A DNA stretch of 64,000 bases from an uncultured Burkholderiaceae bacterium (GTDB lineage Bacteria > Pseudomonadota > Gammaproteobacteria > Burkholderiales > Burkholderiaceae_C). Under the pieces are notes generated by a model. That model was given only the letters and a program-made list of their open reading frames with translations, ran no database searches and had not been told where the DNA came from. This document shows positions 1 to 9,095 of the stretch, piece after piece; position 1 is the first letter of the stretch, and each line of letters starts with the position of its first letter. The stretch lies in assembly GCA_964389235.1 (NCBI GenBank), contig CAYMDM010000003.1, positions 24,252 through 88,251 of the forward strand, read 5' to 3'. Made by a program: the position numbers and the translations under genes.

Positions 1-369
1 CAGTGGACGCAGGGCTGGCTCCTGGACGTGGCGCTGGTGTTTCTCGCCGTGGTGCTGTGGGCGCCGCAGGGCGCGCCACCCGTACTGGCGGCGCTGCTGG
101 CGCGACGAAACGGGCCGATGGCGCTGCGCGCCGCGCTGCTGCTGGGCGGGCTGACGGCAGCGGTGTCGCTGGCGGGCCTGGTGCAACTGGGCTACACCCT
201 GCGCCAGCAGCTCAGCAGCGATGGCGCCATGCAATGGCTGGGAATGCGGCTGCATGCTGAGGCGCTGGCAAGCTGGGCGTTGCTGGCTGCGGTCGCCGCC
301 GCGGGAGCGCTGCTGGCCGCCTGGGCCGGCCGCAGGCTGCGCCGCGCGTGCGCTGAGGCGCCGCCATGA
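1..369 (+). CDS. ABC-transporter permease, C-terminal fragment (Liv/branched-chain amino-acid type by context); N-terminus lies outside the window
   Basis: Frame 1 is open from base 1 (QWTQGWLLDVALVFLAVVLW...). It has hydrophobic helix-like stretches. TGA 367-369 overlaps ATG 366 of the following ABC ATPase (ATGA). Confidence 0.5.
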   Translation, partial: QWTQGWLLDVALVFLAVVLWAPQGAPPVLAALLARRNGPMALRAALLLGGLTAAVSLAGLVQLGYTLRQQLSSDGAMQWLGMRLHAEALASWALLAAVAAAGALLAAWAGRRLRRACAEAPP

Positions 370-1064
370 GCACGCCAGCGCTGGAATGGCGCGGGGTGCG
401 TTGCGTGCGAGACGGCACGGTCATCATCCCCGGGCTCGACCTCCGCATTGCCGCCGGCGCGCGGGTCGCGCTGGTCGGCGCCAATGGCGCCGGCAAGACC
501 ACGCTGTTCGATCTCGCTTGCGGACTGCTGCGCCCCAGCGCGGGCAGCATATGGCTGCACGGGCGGCGCATCGACCGCCTGCAGCCGCATCGCATCGCCG
601 CGCTGGGGCTGGCGCGAAGCTTTCAAGCGCCGCAGGTGTTCGGCCATCTCACGGTGGCCGAGCATCTGCAGGCCGCGGACATTGCGGAGATGCATGCGGC
701 CGACTGGCTCGCCGCCTTCGATCTGGCCGCCTGCACCCGCCAGCCCGCCGCGGCGCTGGACGGCACGCGGCTGCGGCTTCTCGATCTGCTGCTGGCCGTC
801 GCCCGCAACGCCGATGTGCTGCTGCTCGACGAGCCCACCGCCGGGCTGCGACGGCACCAGGCCGAGACGCTGCTGGGGCGTCTGCAGTCCCACCTCGCCG
901 GCCGCACCCTGCTGCTGATCGAGCACGACCTCGACGCGGCGCTGCGACTGGCGCAGCGGGTGGTGGTGCTGCACCAGGGCCGCATCCTGGCCGACGGCGC
1001 GCCGGCCGTGGTGCGGGCGCTGCCGCAGGTGCAAGCGGTCTATCCGTTGGGAGGTGCAGCATGA
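366..1064 (+). CDS. ABC transporter ATP-binding protein (LivG-like)
   Basis: Walker A GANGAGKTT, Q-loop SFQ, Walker B LLLDEP, H-loop IEHD. The signature motif is degenerate (LDGTR). Confidence 0.8.
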   Translation: MSTPALEWRGVRCVRDGTVIIPGLDLRIAAGARVALVGANGAGKTTLFDLACGLLRPSAGSIWLHGRRIDRLQPHRIAALGLARSFQAPQVFGHLTVAEHLQAADIAEMHAADWLAAFDLAACTRQPAAALDGTRLRLLDLLLAVARNADVLLLDEPTAGLRRHQAETLLGRLQSHLAGRTLLLIEHDLDAALRLAQRVVVLHQGRILADGAPAVVRALPQVQAVYPLGGAA

Positions 1065-1765
1065 GCGCGCCGCTGCTGGCGGTGCGCAGCCTGGACGCCG
1101 GCTACGGTGCGGTTGAGGTGCTGCATGGCGTCGATCTGGACGTGGACGCCGGGCAAATCGTCGCGGTGCTCGGGCGTAACGGCGCCGGGCGCAGCACCTT
1201 GCTGCGCGCGCTGATCGGGCTGCTGCCGGCGCGCGGGTTGGTGCGCATCGGCGGGGTCGAGGCGATTGATTTGCCGCCGCAGCAGCGCGCCCGCCTGGGG
1301 CTGGGCTATGTGCCCGAGACCCGCGATGTGTTCCCGCTGCTGTCGGTGCGCGACAACCTGCTGCTCGGCGCCAAACCCGGCGAACGCGACGTGAAGGCGC
1401 TGCTGCAGCAGGTGCTGGCCGCCTTTCCCGCGCTGCAGCCGCGGCTGCGCGCCAGAGCCAGCGCGCTGTCCGGTGGCGAGCGGGCGATGCTGGCGCTGGC
1501 CCGCTGCCTGATGGGGAGGCCCAAACTGCTGCTGCTGGACGAACCGGCTGAAGGTCTGGCCCCGCAGCGGGTGGACGAACTGGCGGCGCTGCTGCGCGAC
1601 TGGCGCGAGCAAGGCCTGGGGGTGCTGCTGGTCGAGCAGACGCCGCGGCTGAGCCTGGCGGCAGCGGCCGACCGCGCCGTGCTGCTGGGCGCGGGCTGCG
1701 TGCAGTTCAGCGGGACGCTGACCGAGTTGCAGCAGCGCGCCGATCTGCGTCAGGCCTGGCTTTGA
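1061..1765 (+). CDS. ABC transporter ATP-binding protein (LivF-like)
   Basis: Internal ATG 1061 (4-nt overlap with the upstream stop) gives MSAPLLAVRSLDAGYG... Walker A GRNGAGRST, signature LSGGE, Walker B LLLDEP. The 221-1060 part of the track ORF is a shadow frame. Confidence 0.8.
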   Translation: MSAPLLAVRSLDAGYGAVEVLHGVDLDVDAGQIVAVLGRNGAGRSTLLRALIGLLPARGLVRIGGVEAIDLPPQQRARLGLGYVPETRDVFPLLSVRDNLLLGAKPGERDVKALLQQVLAAFPALQPRLRARASALSGGERAMLALARCLMGRPKLLLLDEPAEGLAPQRVDELAALLRDWREQGLGVLLVEQTPRLSLAAAADRAVLLGAGCVQFSGTLTELQQRADLRQAWL

Positions 1766-2060
1766 CGCGGCGCCGCGCCGACGCAGCGGCGCGTGCGCGG
1801 CGGGCCTGCATCGGGTCGACCCGCAGCCCGGCGCACACGTCGACGCGGTCGCCGTCGCGCAGCACGGTCTGCGGTTCGATCAGTCGCCCGTCGATGGCCC
1901 AGCGCGCCTGCGCCGCTGGCGGTTCTCCCGCTACGAGCAGACCGCTGGCGGCGACGGCCTGCGCCGCGGTGGCGCCCGGCGGCAGATGTAGTTCGGCCAA
2001 GCGCGGCGCGCCATCGGCGCCGACCACGCACACCCACACTCGCAGTTCAGCGCGGTCCAT
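1707..2060 (-). CDS. rnfH: RnfH family ubiquitin-like protein (UPF0125)
   Basis: ATG 2060 gives MDRAELRVWVCVV...LPPGATAAQAVAASGLL...LRDGDRVDV...DPMQARRARA, the RnfH/YfjF pattern. It sits directly downstream of ratA, as in the conserved smpB/ratA-rnfH arrangement. Confidence 0.75.
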   Translation of the reverse strand: MDRAELRVWVCVVGADGAPRLAELHLPPGATAAQAVAASGLLVAGEPPAAQARWAIDGRLIEPQTVLRDGDRVDVCAGLRVDPMQARRARAAASARRRVKARPDADRRAAATRSASR

Positions 2061-2487
2061 ACACGACCTTGGCCCGCTGCACAAACGCGTCGATGAAGCT
2101 GCTGGCGATGTGGTTGAACACCGGGCCGATGACCTTCTCGACCAGAAAGCTGGAAAAGCGATAGTTCAGCTCGAACTCGACCTTGCACGCCTTGCCCTCG
2201 GCCAGCGGATGAAACCGCCAGCGCCCGCGCAGATTGGAAAACGGCCCTTCGACCAGTTCCATGTCCACCTGCTGTGGCGGCTGCTGGGTGTTGCGGGTGG
2301 TGAAGCTCTGGCGGATGCCCTTGAAGTCGATCACCACCGTGGCGCGCACGGTCTGCTCGTCAATCGGCTCGACCGATGCCCCGCCACACCAGGGCAGAAA
2401 CTGCGGATACGCCGCCACGTCGGTGACCAGGTCATACATTTCCTGCGGGCTGTACCAGAGGAGGACGGACTTGTGCACCTGCGGCAT
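2047..2487 (-). CDS. ratA: SRPBCC/START-fold protein, RatA (YfjG, Coq10-like) family
   Basis: 146-aa product MPQVHKSVLLWYSPQEMYDLVTDVAAYPQFLPWC...EGPFSNLRGRWRF. It is divergent from smpB, the classic arrangement. Confidence 0.8.
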   Translation of the reverse strand: MPQVHKSVLLWYSPQEMYDLVTDVAAYPQFLPWCGGASVEPIDEQTVRATVVIDFKGIRQSFTTRNTQQPPQQVDMELVEGPFSNLRGRWRFHPLAEGKACKVEFELNYRFSSFLVEKVIGPVFNHIASSFIDAFVQRAKVVYGPR

Positions 2488-2641
2488 GGGGCGTGCAACG
2501 GGGCGAAGGCGGGGTTCTTAGAATGGTTGTCCGCATTGTAGGGATGCCCTCCGCGCGCCGCTGCGCGGTACACAGAGGCGAAACGCCTCGCCGCAACCCG
2601 GCCCCGCTTGTGCGGCCCGCTGCCGTCCCCAGATTCCCCTC

Positions 2642-3085
2642 ATGAGCATCGTCGACAACCGCAAGGCGCATTTCAACTACTTCATCGAAGACCGTTTCGA
2701 GGCCGGCATCGTGCTCGAAGGCTGGGAGGTGAAGGCGGTGCGCGCCGGGCAGGTGCAGCTCACCGACGGCTATGTGGTGATCCGCGACGGCGAGCTGTTT
2801 CTGATCGGCATGCATGTCTCGCCGCTGCGCAGCGCCTCGACCCACGTGCGCCCGGACGCCGCGCGCACCCGCAAGCTGCTGCTGCACAAGGACGAAATCC
2901 GCAAGCTCATCGGCAAGGTCGAGCAGCGCGGCTACACCCTAGTGCCGCTGAACCTGCATTACAAAAACGGCCGCATCAAGGCCGACATCGCGCTGGGCAA
3001 AGGCAAAAAAGAACACGACAAGCGCGACACCGAAGCCAAGCGCGACTGGCAGCGCGAAAAAGCGCGGCTGATGAAAACGCGCTGA
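2642..3085 (+). CDS. smpB: SsrA-binding protein SmpB
   Basis: [36 protein letters not shown]... with a basic C-terminal tail; full length, 147 aa. Confidence 0.95.
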   Translation: MSIVDNRKAHFNYFIEDRFEAGIVLEGWEVKAVRAGQVQLTDGYVVIRDGELFLIGMHVSPLRSASTHVRPDAARTRKLLLHKDEIRKLIGKVEQRGYTLVPLNLHYKNGRIKADIALGKGKKEHDKRDTEAKRDWQREKARLMKTR

Positions 3086-3116
3086 ATTGCGGCGCGGGGC
3101 TCGACCGCAGCAGCGC

Positions 3117-4145
3117 TCAGACCGTTGCGGTCAGGCTGGCCAGATCAGTGCGCTGCCAGAATCGCCAGCCCGCGCGGCGCCGCACTTGCACGCTCGCCCA
3201 GCCGCGAGTGCCGGCCAGCACCAGCGTGGCCTCGCCTGCGGAGTCCAGCGCGGTCTGCAGGGCCTCGTCGATGCGGGCATCGAGCGCGGCGAGCGGGTCC
3301 TGGTTCTGCGTCTCTGCCTTCTGCAATATCGCGGGCGCGTCGAGGATCTGCAGGGTGTCGGTCGCCTGCGCGCAGGCGCGGGCACGCAGGCCGTGCAGCA
3401 GCGTCGCGAAGTCTCCCGCTGCCGCATCGTCGACCACCGCGGGCGGCACCAGCGGCGAACACCATTCGCGCTCCAGCACGCCGCAGCCATGCAGCCACAA
3501 GGTGTTGACCGGGGGCAACCCGCGCGACTCGCGCGCGTCGTTGACCGGATGCTGCTGCCACACCATCTGCACCTCGGTCAGCAGTTGCCGCCAAGGCCGC
3601 GCGGGCGCACCGGCGGGCATCCACGCCGCAACGCTCTGGCCGCGCGCGCGAGCCGGCGCGGCGGTGACGACTTCGGCCAGGCTTGGGTGCGCGGCATACC
3701 AGCGCTGCGGCGCGGCGCGACGCAGTTGCCAGCCCTGCGCGGCGAACACCTCGGCGACGGCCTGGCCCAGCGCCTCGGATTCTTCGGGGGTGAGTGGCAG
3801 TTGCTGCGGGTCGTCGAGGCTCAGGCTGTCTCGGCCCAGGCGCAGATGCGCGGGAGTCAACAGCCCGAGCCCGGGCTGCGCCGCGGCCCAGTCGGCCAAG
3901 CCGTCGGCGGCGGCGCAGATGCGCGCCCACGGCGCCTGCTCGGGCTCGAACTCCGACACTGCATCGGGCGCGGCCAGGCGCAGCGCTTGCAGCAGCCAGC
4001 GCTCGGCCGGGGTCAGCCACGCGGCAATCGCGTCTTCGCGCGGCGCCTCCCGCGCCTGTACCCGCGCCGTGCACCCCAGCGCGAGCAAGCGCGGCAGTTG
4101 CGGCATCAGCCCGGGCGGCAGGTCGGAAATCAGCAGCGTGGGCAT
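3117..4145 (-). CDS. conserved hypothetical protein (342 aa), function unknown
   Basis: Internal ATG 4145 (MPTLLISDLPPGLMPQLPRLL...) lies 5 nt after the lolC-like stop. The upstream 4146-4637 part of the track ORF overlaps lolC in another frame. The codon usage looks coding, and I recognise no motif. Confidence 0.55.
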   Translation of the reverse strand: MPTLLISDLPPGLMPQLPRLLALGCTARVQAREAPREDAIAAWLTPAERWLLQALRLAAPDAVSEFEPEQAPWARICAAADGLADWAAAQPGLGLLTPAHLRLGRDSLSLDDPQQLPLTPEESEALGQAVAEVFAAQGWQLRRAAPQRWYAAHPSLAEVVTAAPARARGQSVAAWMPAGAPARPWRQLLTEVQMVWQQHPVNDARESRGLPPVNTLWLHGCGVLEREWCSPLVPPAVVDDAAAGDFATLLHGLRARACAQATDTLQILDAPAILQKAETQNQDPLAALDARIDEALQTALDSAGEATLVLAGTRGWASVQVRRRAGWRFWQRTDLASLTATV

Positions 4146-4150
4146 CGACC

Positions 4151-5419
4151 TCACTCGTAGCGCAAGGCGGCTGCCGGCTGCACCCGCGCGGCGCGCCAGC
4201 TCGGATAGAGCGTGGCCAGCAGGGACAGGATCAGCGCAACCACCGTGATGGTGGCGATGTCGGAAAAGCGCGGGTCGCTGGGCATGCGGTGAATCAGGTA
4301 GACGCTGCGCGGCAGGAACTCGGTGTGCAGCAGGCGTTCGAGAAACGACACGATGGGGTCGAGGTTGAACGCGATCAGGCAGCCCAGCGCCACCCCGGCA
4401 AAGGTGCCGAGAAAGCCAGTGACCGCGCCCTGCACCAGAAAAATCGCCATGATCGAGCGCGGGCTGGCACCCTGGGTGCGCAGGATGGCGATGTCGGCCA
4501 GCTTGTCGGTGACGGTCATCACCAGCGTGGAGACGAGGTTGAACGCGGCGACCGCGACGATCATGGTCAGGATGATGAACATCATGCGTTTTTCGATTAC
4601 CACCGCCTCGAACCAGGTGCGGTTCTGCTCGGTCCACGGCTGCGCCAGCAGCGCCGCCGGCAGGCTCGGCTGCAACTGCGCGGCCACGCGCGGGGCGTCG
4701 TCCATGTTGCGGGTCTGCACCCGCAGCCCGGTCGGCCCGCCGGTACGGAACAGCGCCGCGGCGTCCTGCAGATTGACCAGCACCAGCGAGCTGTCATACT
4801 CGTAGTGGCCGACGTTGAAAATGCCCGCCACCCGCAGGGTGCGCAGTCGCGGAATCATCCCCGCCGGGGTCAGCGACCCGCTGGGCACGACCAGCGTGAC
4901 CTGATCGCCCAGGCTCACCCCGAGGTTGCGCGCGAGCTCGTTGCCCAGCACCACGCCGAACCCGCCCGGGGTCAGCGCCGACACGCTGCCGGCGACCATG
5001 TGCTGCGGAATCTGCGACACCTGCGACTCCTCGGCCGGGTCAACTCCCCACACCAGCACGCCCTGCAACTGGCTGCCCTGCGCGACCAGCGCCTGCCCCT
5101 GCACGAACGGTGCGACACCGGTGACCGCCGGGTTGGCGCGCACCTGCGCGGCCAGCGCCCGCCAGTCGGTGATGGCCGTGCCGTTGAGGTTGAGGATTTC
5201 GATGTGCGGGATGACGCTGAGCATGCGGTCACGCACGTCTTTCTGAAAGCCGTTCATCACCGAAATGACGACGATCAGCGCCGCCACGCCTAGCGCAATG
5301 CCCCCGACCGATACCGCGGAAATGAAGGAGATGAAGCCGTTGCGCCGGTTGCGCCGGCCGCTGCGGGTGTAGCGCCAGCCGATGAGCAGCTCGAACGGCC
5401 AGGAGTTGGAGTTCAGCAT
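4151..5419 (-). CDS. lolC: lipoprotein-releasing ABC transporter permease, LolC/LolE family
   Basis: ATG 5419 gives MLNSNSWPFELLIGWRYTRSGRRNRRNGFISFISAVSVGGIALGVAALIVVISVMNGF, the typical MacB/FtsX-type LolC/E N-terminus, plus C-terminal FtsX-like helices. Confidence 0.85.
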   Translation of the reverse strand: MLNSNSWPFELLIGWRYTRSGRRNRRNGFISFISAVSVGGIALGVAALIVVISVMNGFQKDVRDRMLSVIPHIEILNLNGTAITDWRALAAQVRANPAVTGVAPFVQGQALVAQGSQLQGVLVWGVDPAEESQVSQIPQHMVAGSVSALTPGGFGVVLGNELARNLGVSLGDQVTLVVPSGSLTPAGMIPRLRTLRVAGIFNVGHYEYDSSLVLVNLQDAAALFRTGGPTGLRVQTRNMDDAPRVAAQLQPSLPAALLAQPWTEQNRTWFEAVVIEKRMMFIILTMIVAVAAFNLVSTLVMTVTDKLADIAILRTQGASPRSIMAIFLVQGAVTGFLGTFAGVALGCLIAFNLDPIVSFLERLLHTEFLPRSVYLIHRMPSDPRFSDIATITVVALILSLLATLYPSWRAARVQPAAALRYE

Positions 5420-5513
5420 GGGGCGCAGAGTGTAGGGCGTGCGCGGCGGCGCGCCCGTTCGGCCCGTCATCGGCCCCTCGCCGGCAGGCACAATACCGGC
5501 CCTGAGTTCTGCC

Positions 5514-6581
5514 ATGCTGCACGCCACCGCCCTCGCCGCCCTCGTCTGCTGGCTGCTCTGCGCCGCGCTGATCGTGCTCGGGCGCAAGCGGCATTTCGGG
5601 CTGGACGAAACCGAGGGCCGGCAGAAATCGCACCGCCGGCCGGTGCCGCGCACCGGCGGCATCGCGCTGGCCATCGGCACCGCGGTCGGCGTGGCCTGGG
5701 TGGGGCAGCTGGGCTATCTGGAATGGCTGACCGAGGGCTCGCTGCTGCTGGTGCTGGCGCCGCTGCTGGTGGCCGGCGCGCTGGAGGACATCCGCCGACA
5801 CATCGCTCCGCGCTGGCGCGCATTCGCCTCGCTCGCCTCGGCAGGGCTTGCGGTGTGGCTGCTGGGGGCAAGCATCGGCCGGCTGGGCATCGACCCGCTG
5901 GACGCGCTGCTGCACGCCGCGCCGTGGGCGGGCTGGCTGCTAGCGGTGATCGCACTGGGCGCGCTGCCGCATGCGCTGAACATGATCGACGGCTACAACG
6001 GGCTGGCCGGGATGGTCAGCCTGATGGTGCTGGGGGCGATCGGTTACGTCGCGTTCAAGGTCGGCGACGCGATGCTGATGGCGCTGAGCCTCGCCGCGAT
6101 CGGTGCGATTCTGGGCTTTCTGTTCTGGAACTGGCCGCGCGGGGACATTTTTCTCGGCGACACCGGCGCCTATGTGCTGGGGTTCTGGATGGCGCTGCTG
6201 GCGGTGCTGCTGGTCGCGCGCAATCCGGCGGTGTCGCCGTGGTTCGCGCTGCTGGTGCTGATCTACCCGGTGTGGGAATTGCTGTATTCGCTGTGGCGGC
6301 GCAAGGTGGTGCGCCGCCGCGCCGGCACCGCGCCCGACGCGCTGCATCTGCACCACCTGATCTACTGGCGGCTGACCCGTCTGGTCGAAGCCGACGAGCA
6401 CCCCGATCCGCGCCGCCGCCGCAACGCCACCACCTCGCCTTATCTGTGGGCCGTCGCTGCGCTCAGCGTCGGCCCGGCGATGCTGTGGTGGAACCGCACC
6501 GGGCTGCTGATGCTGTGGTGTGCGGTGTTCGTCGCCGGGTATGTTGCCGTCTACAGCTTGCTGCTGCGGCGGAAAATCTGA
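5514..6581 (+). CDS. polyprenyl-phosphate sugar-1-phosphate transferase, glycosyltransferase family 4 (MraY/WecA superfamily)
   Basis: Polytopic membrane protein with NMIDGYNGLAG and GDTGAYVLG motifs. Start chosen at ATG 5514 (MLHATALAAL...); the track start 5439 is also possible. Confidence 0.8.
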   Translation: MLHATALAALVCWLLCAALIVLGRKRHFGLDETEGRQKSHRRPVPRTGGIALAIGTAVGVAWVGQLGYLEWLTEGSLLLVLAPLLVAGALEDIRRHIAPRWRAFASLASAGLAVWLLGASIGRLGIDPLDALLHAAPWAGWLLAVIALGALPHALNMIDGYNGLAGMVSLMVLGAIGYVAFKVGDAMLMALSLAAIGAILGFLFWNWPRGDIFLGDTGAYVLGFWMALLAVLLVARNPAVSPWFALLVLIYPVWELLYSLWRRKVVRRRAGTAPDALHLHHLIYWRLTRLVEADEHPDPRRRRNATTSPYLWAVAALSVGPAMLWWNRTGLLMLWCAVFVAGYVAVYSLLLRRKI

Positions 6582-6616
6582 AGCGGGATCGCGCGATCGC
6601 CTTTCGCTCGGGTGAC

Positions 6617-7237
6617 TCAGCCCGCACCCGGGCGCCACTCGACTGACCATTGCCCGGCCAGAAGCTTTTCCAGCCAGAACGCGCCGATCACGGTCTTGAC
6701 ATCGGTGATGAATCCTCGGCGCACCCATTCCAGCACCGCGGCCGGCTCGGCTTCGAACACCTGCAGGAATTCGTGATCGTCGAGCTGCTGGCCTGCGCCG
6801 CCGCGCAGCCCGCGGGCCACAGCGAGGTGGATGATTTCGTCGGAATACGAAATCGCGTTGTTGATCGGGCCTAGGTAGGCCCACTCCTGCGCGGTAAAGC
6901 CGGTTTCCTCGCGCAACTCTCGCTCGGCGCAGGCAAACCAGCCTTCACCGGCGTCGAGTTTGCCCGCGGGAAACTCCACCATCACCCGCTGCATCGGTGT
7001 GCGCCATTGCCGCTCCATCAGCACCCGGCCATTGTCCAGCAGCGGAATGACCATCACCGCGCCGGAGTGGCGGATGTATTCGCGCGTGGCCTGCCCGCCA
7101 TTGGGCAGCCGAGCCAGATCGCGCGCCACCCGCAGGAAGTTGCCCTGGAACACCATTTCGCTGTCCAGGGTGTGCTCGCGCAGCTGCGCCGCCTCGGGCA
7201 CGCGCGCCGGATCGGCGCTGTAGTCATCTTCGGCCAT
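6617..7237 (-). CDS. NUDIX hydrolase (ADP-ribose pyrophosphatase-like)
   Basis: Nudix box GKLDAGEGWFACAERELREETGF; 206 aa. Confidence 0.85.
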   Translation of the reverse strand: MAEDDYSADPARVPEAAQLREHTLDSEMVFQGNFLRVARDLARLPNGGQATREYIRHSGAVMVIPLLDNGRVLMERQWRTPMQRVMVEFPAGKLDAGEGWFACAERELREETGFTAQEWAYLGPINNAISYSDEIIHLAVARGLRGGAGQQLDDHEFLQVFEAEPAAVLEWVRRGFITDVKTVIGAFWLEKLLAGQWSVEWRPGAG

Positions 7238-7275
7238 CGCGGGCAGTAGCGGGTCGGAACGGTGAGCGTGCCGGG

Positions 7276-7581
7276 TCAGATGCTGCGGTAGCGCACCATG
7301 TAGCGCAGCACGTAGCCCGGAAACGCCAGCACCAGAAACATCGACGCGCTGACGGCGTAGAACTCCCAGTGCTGCGGGTAGATCTGACCGATGCGGTTTT
7401 CCAGCGCCAGACCGATGAACCCGACGACAAAGTAAAGAATGACCAGCTCAGCGAGCCGCAGCCACAGCGACTTGGGCGGACGCTTGAGCGGGATGAGCAG
7501 GAAAAACCGATTCGACACGAACGGCAGATTGGCGGCGACCAGCGCCAGCACGATCACCAGCCAGACAGCGGAAGATTGCAT
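7276..7581 (-). CDS. small integral membrane protein (DUF2818-like), downstream of nuoN
   Basis: 101 aa with three hydrophobic helices (MQSSAVWLVIVLALVAANLPF...). This position after nuoN recurs in betaproteobacteria. Confidence 0.65.
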   Translation of the reverse strand: MQSSAVWLVIVLALVAANLPFVSNRFFLLIPLKRPPKSLWLRLAELVILYFVVGFIGLALENRIGQIYPQHWEFYAVSASMFLVLAFPGYVLRYMVRYRSI

Positions 7582-7591
7582 GGGCAGCTCT

Positions 7592-7617
7592 GAAAAACGG
7601 TGCGGCAGCGGTGCCGC
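7592..7617 (-). terminator. terminator-like hairpin after nuoN (probably leaky)
   Basis: On the minus strand, GCGGCA-ccgc-TGCCGC is followed by ACCGTTTTTC. Confidence 0.4.
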
Positions 7618-7620
7618 GGA

Positions 7621-9084
7621 TCAATGCAGGGTGTTGGCCATCGCCTGCAGACACAGGGTCATCAGCGAGCCAGGAACGATGCCCAGTACGAGGATGGCCA
7701 CGCCATTGAGCGACAGCAAGGCCCGCGCACTGCCACCGCTGGCCCGCAAGGCCATGCCGCTGGGGGGCGCGTCGAAATACATCAGCTTGACCACCCGCAA
7801 GTAGTAGAACGCACCGACCAGCGATAGCAGCACAGCGTACACCACCAGCCAGACCCTTCCGCTGTAGGCCAGAATGGTCAGCACCTCGAATTTGGCGTAG
7901 AAACCTGCCAGCGGCGGCACGCCAGCGAGCGAGAACATCAAGAGGCTCATCACCCCGGCCATCCACGGATCGCTGCGCGCCAGCCCGGCGAAATCACGCA
8001 GTTCCTCGGCCTCGAAACCCTCGCGCGCCAGCACCAGGATGACACCGAAGGTGCCCAGGGTCGCCAGCACATAGATCACCAGATAGAACATCGCCGAGCC
8101 ATACGCAGCGGCGGCTGACTGGCCGTTGCCGTTGACCATGCCCGAGAGCAGACCGAGCAGTACGAAGCCGAGCTGGGCGATGGTGGAATACGCCAGCATG
8201 CGCTTGAGGTTGGTCTGCGCGATCGCTGCCAGATTGCCCAGACCGATGGACAGCACGGCCAGCACGACCAGCATCGGCTGCCAGTCCATCGCCAGCGGAA
8301 ACAGCCCCTCGACCAGCAGGCGGATGGCCATGCCGAACACTGCGAGCTTGGGCGCCGCGGCGAGGATCAGGGTGACCGCGGTGGGTGCGCCCTGGTAGAC
8401 GTCGGGCACCCACATGTGGAACGGCACCGCGCCGAACTTGAACGCCAGCCCGGCGACGATGAACACCACACCGAGCACCAGCACCGCGCGGTTGATCGGC
8501 TCGAACGCGATCATCTTGAAAATGGTCAGCAGGTCGAGGGTGCCGGTGGCCCCATACAGCATGGACATGCCGTAGAGCAGAAAGCCCGAGGCCAGCGCGC
8601 CGAGAACGAAATACTTCATCGCCGCCTCGGTGGAAAGCGCATGGTCGCGGCGCAGCGCCACCAGCGCATACAGCGACAGCGCGAGCAGTTCCAGTCCGAG
8701 GTAGAGGACCAGCAGGTTGTTGCCGGAGATCATGATGAACTGGCCGAGCAGCGACAGCAGGGTGAGGCTGAACAGCTCACCGCCCCAGATGCCGCGGTCG
8801 AGCGCGTACCGCCGCGAATAGACCAGGGTGATCATGGTCGCGAGTATGGCGAACAGCTTGAGCAACATCGCCATCGGGTCGACGATGATCGCGCGGTTCA
8901 TTGCGATGGTCTGCAGGTTCGCGGCGAAATACAGCCCGCAAAGCACGGCCAGACCGGCCAGACCGATCAGGGTCAGCGCATAGCCCGCGCGATGCCGCTC
9001 GTCCTTGAAAAACAGATCCACCAGCATGACCACGCAGGCCAGCACCAGCAGGAGGATTTCCGGATAGATCGCGATCCAGTTCAT
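7621..9084 (-). CDS. nuoN: NADH-quinone oxidoreductase subunit N
   Basis: ATG 9084 gives MNWIAIYPEILLLVLACVVMLVDLFF. Polytopic antiporter-like subunit, last in nuo order. Confidence 0.95.
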   Translation of the reverse strand: MNWIAIYPEILLLVLACVVMLVDLFFKDERHRAGYALTLIGLAGLAVLCGLYFAANLQTIAMNRAIIVDPMAMLLKLFAILATMITLVYSRRYALDRGIWGGELFSLTLLSLLGQFIMISGNNLLVLYLGLELLALSLYALVALRRDHALSTEAAMKYFVLGALASGFLLYGMSMLYGATGTLDLLTIFKMIAFEPINRAVLVLGVVFIVAGLAFKFGAVPFHMWVPDVYQGAPTAVTLILAAAPKLAVFGMAIRLLVEGLFPLAMDWQPMLVVLAVLSIGLGNLAAIAQTNLKRMLAYSTIAQLGFVLLGLLSGMVNGNGQSAAAAYGSAMFYLVIYVLATLGTFGVILVLAREGFEAEELRDFAGLARSDPWMAGVMSLLMFSLAGVPPLAGFYAKFEVLTILAYSGRVWLVVYAVLLSLVGAFYYLRVVKLMYFDAPPSGMALRASGGSARALLSLNGVAILVLGIVPGSLMTLCLQAMANTLH

Positions 9085-9095
9085 GGCGTGTTCGA

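Noticed and set aside
1707-1765. A 59-bp convergent overlap of the LivF-like and rnfH 3' ends could indicate a frameshift or pseudogene.
   Set aside because: Both products are full length with intact conserved C-terminal regions. Late stops and 3' overlaps are common in high-GC genomes.
2488-2641. I looked for tmRNA (ssrA) near smpB.
   Set aside because: The 154-bp ratA-smpB spacer and the flanks show no tRNA-like acceptor/T-arm or tag-peptide reading frame. ssrA must be elsewhere in the genome.
6587-6598. The perfect palindrome GATCGCGCGATC between the convergent GT4 and NUDIX genes could be a terminator or a protein-binding site.
   Set aside because: It is only 12 bp, with no loop and no U-tract. 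That is too short to distinguish from chance in GC-rich DNA.
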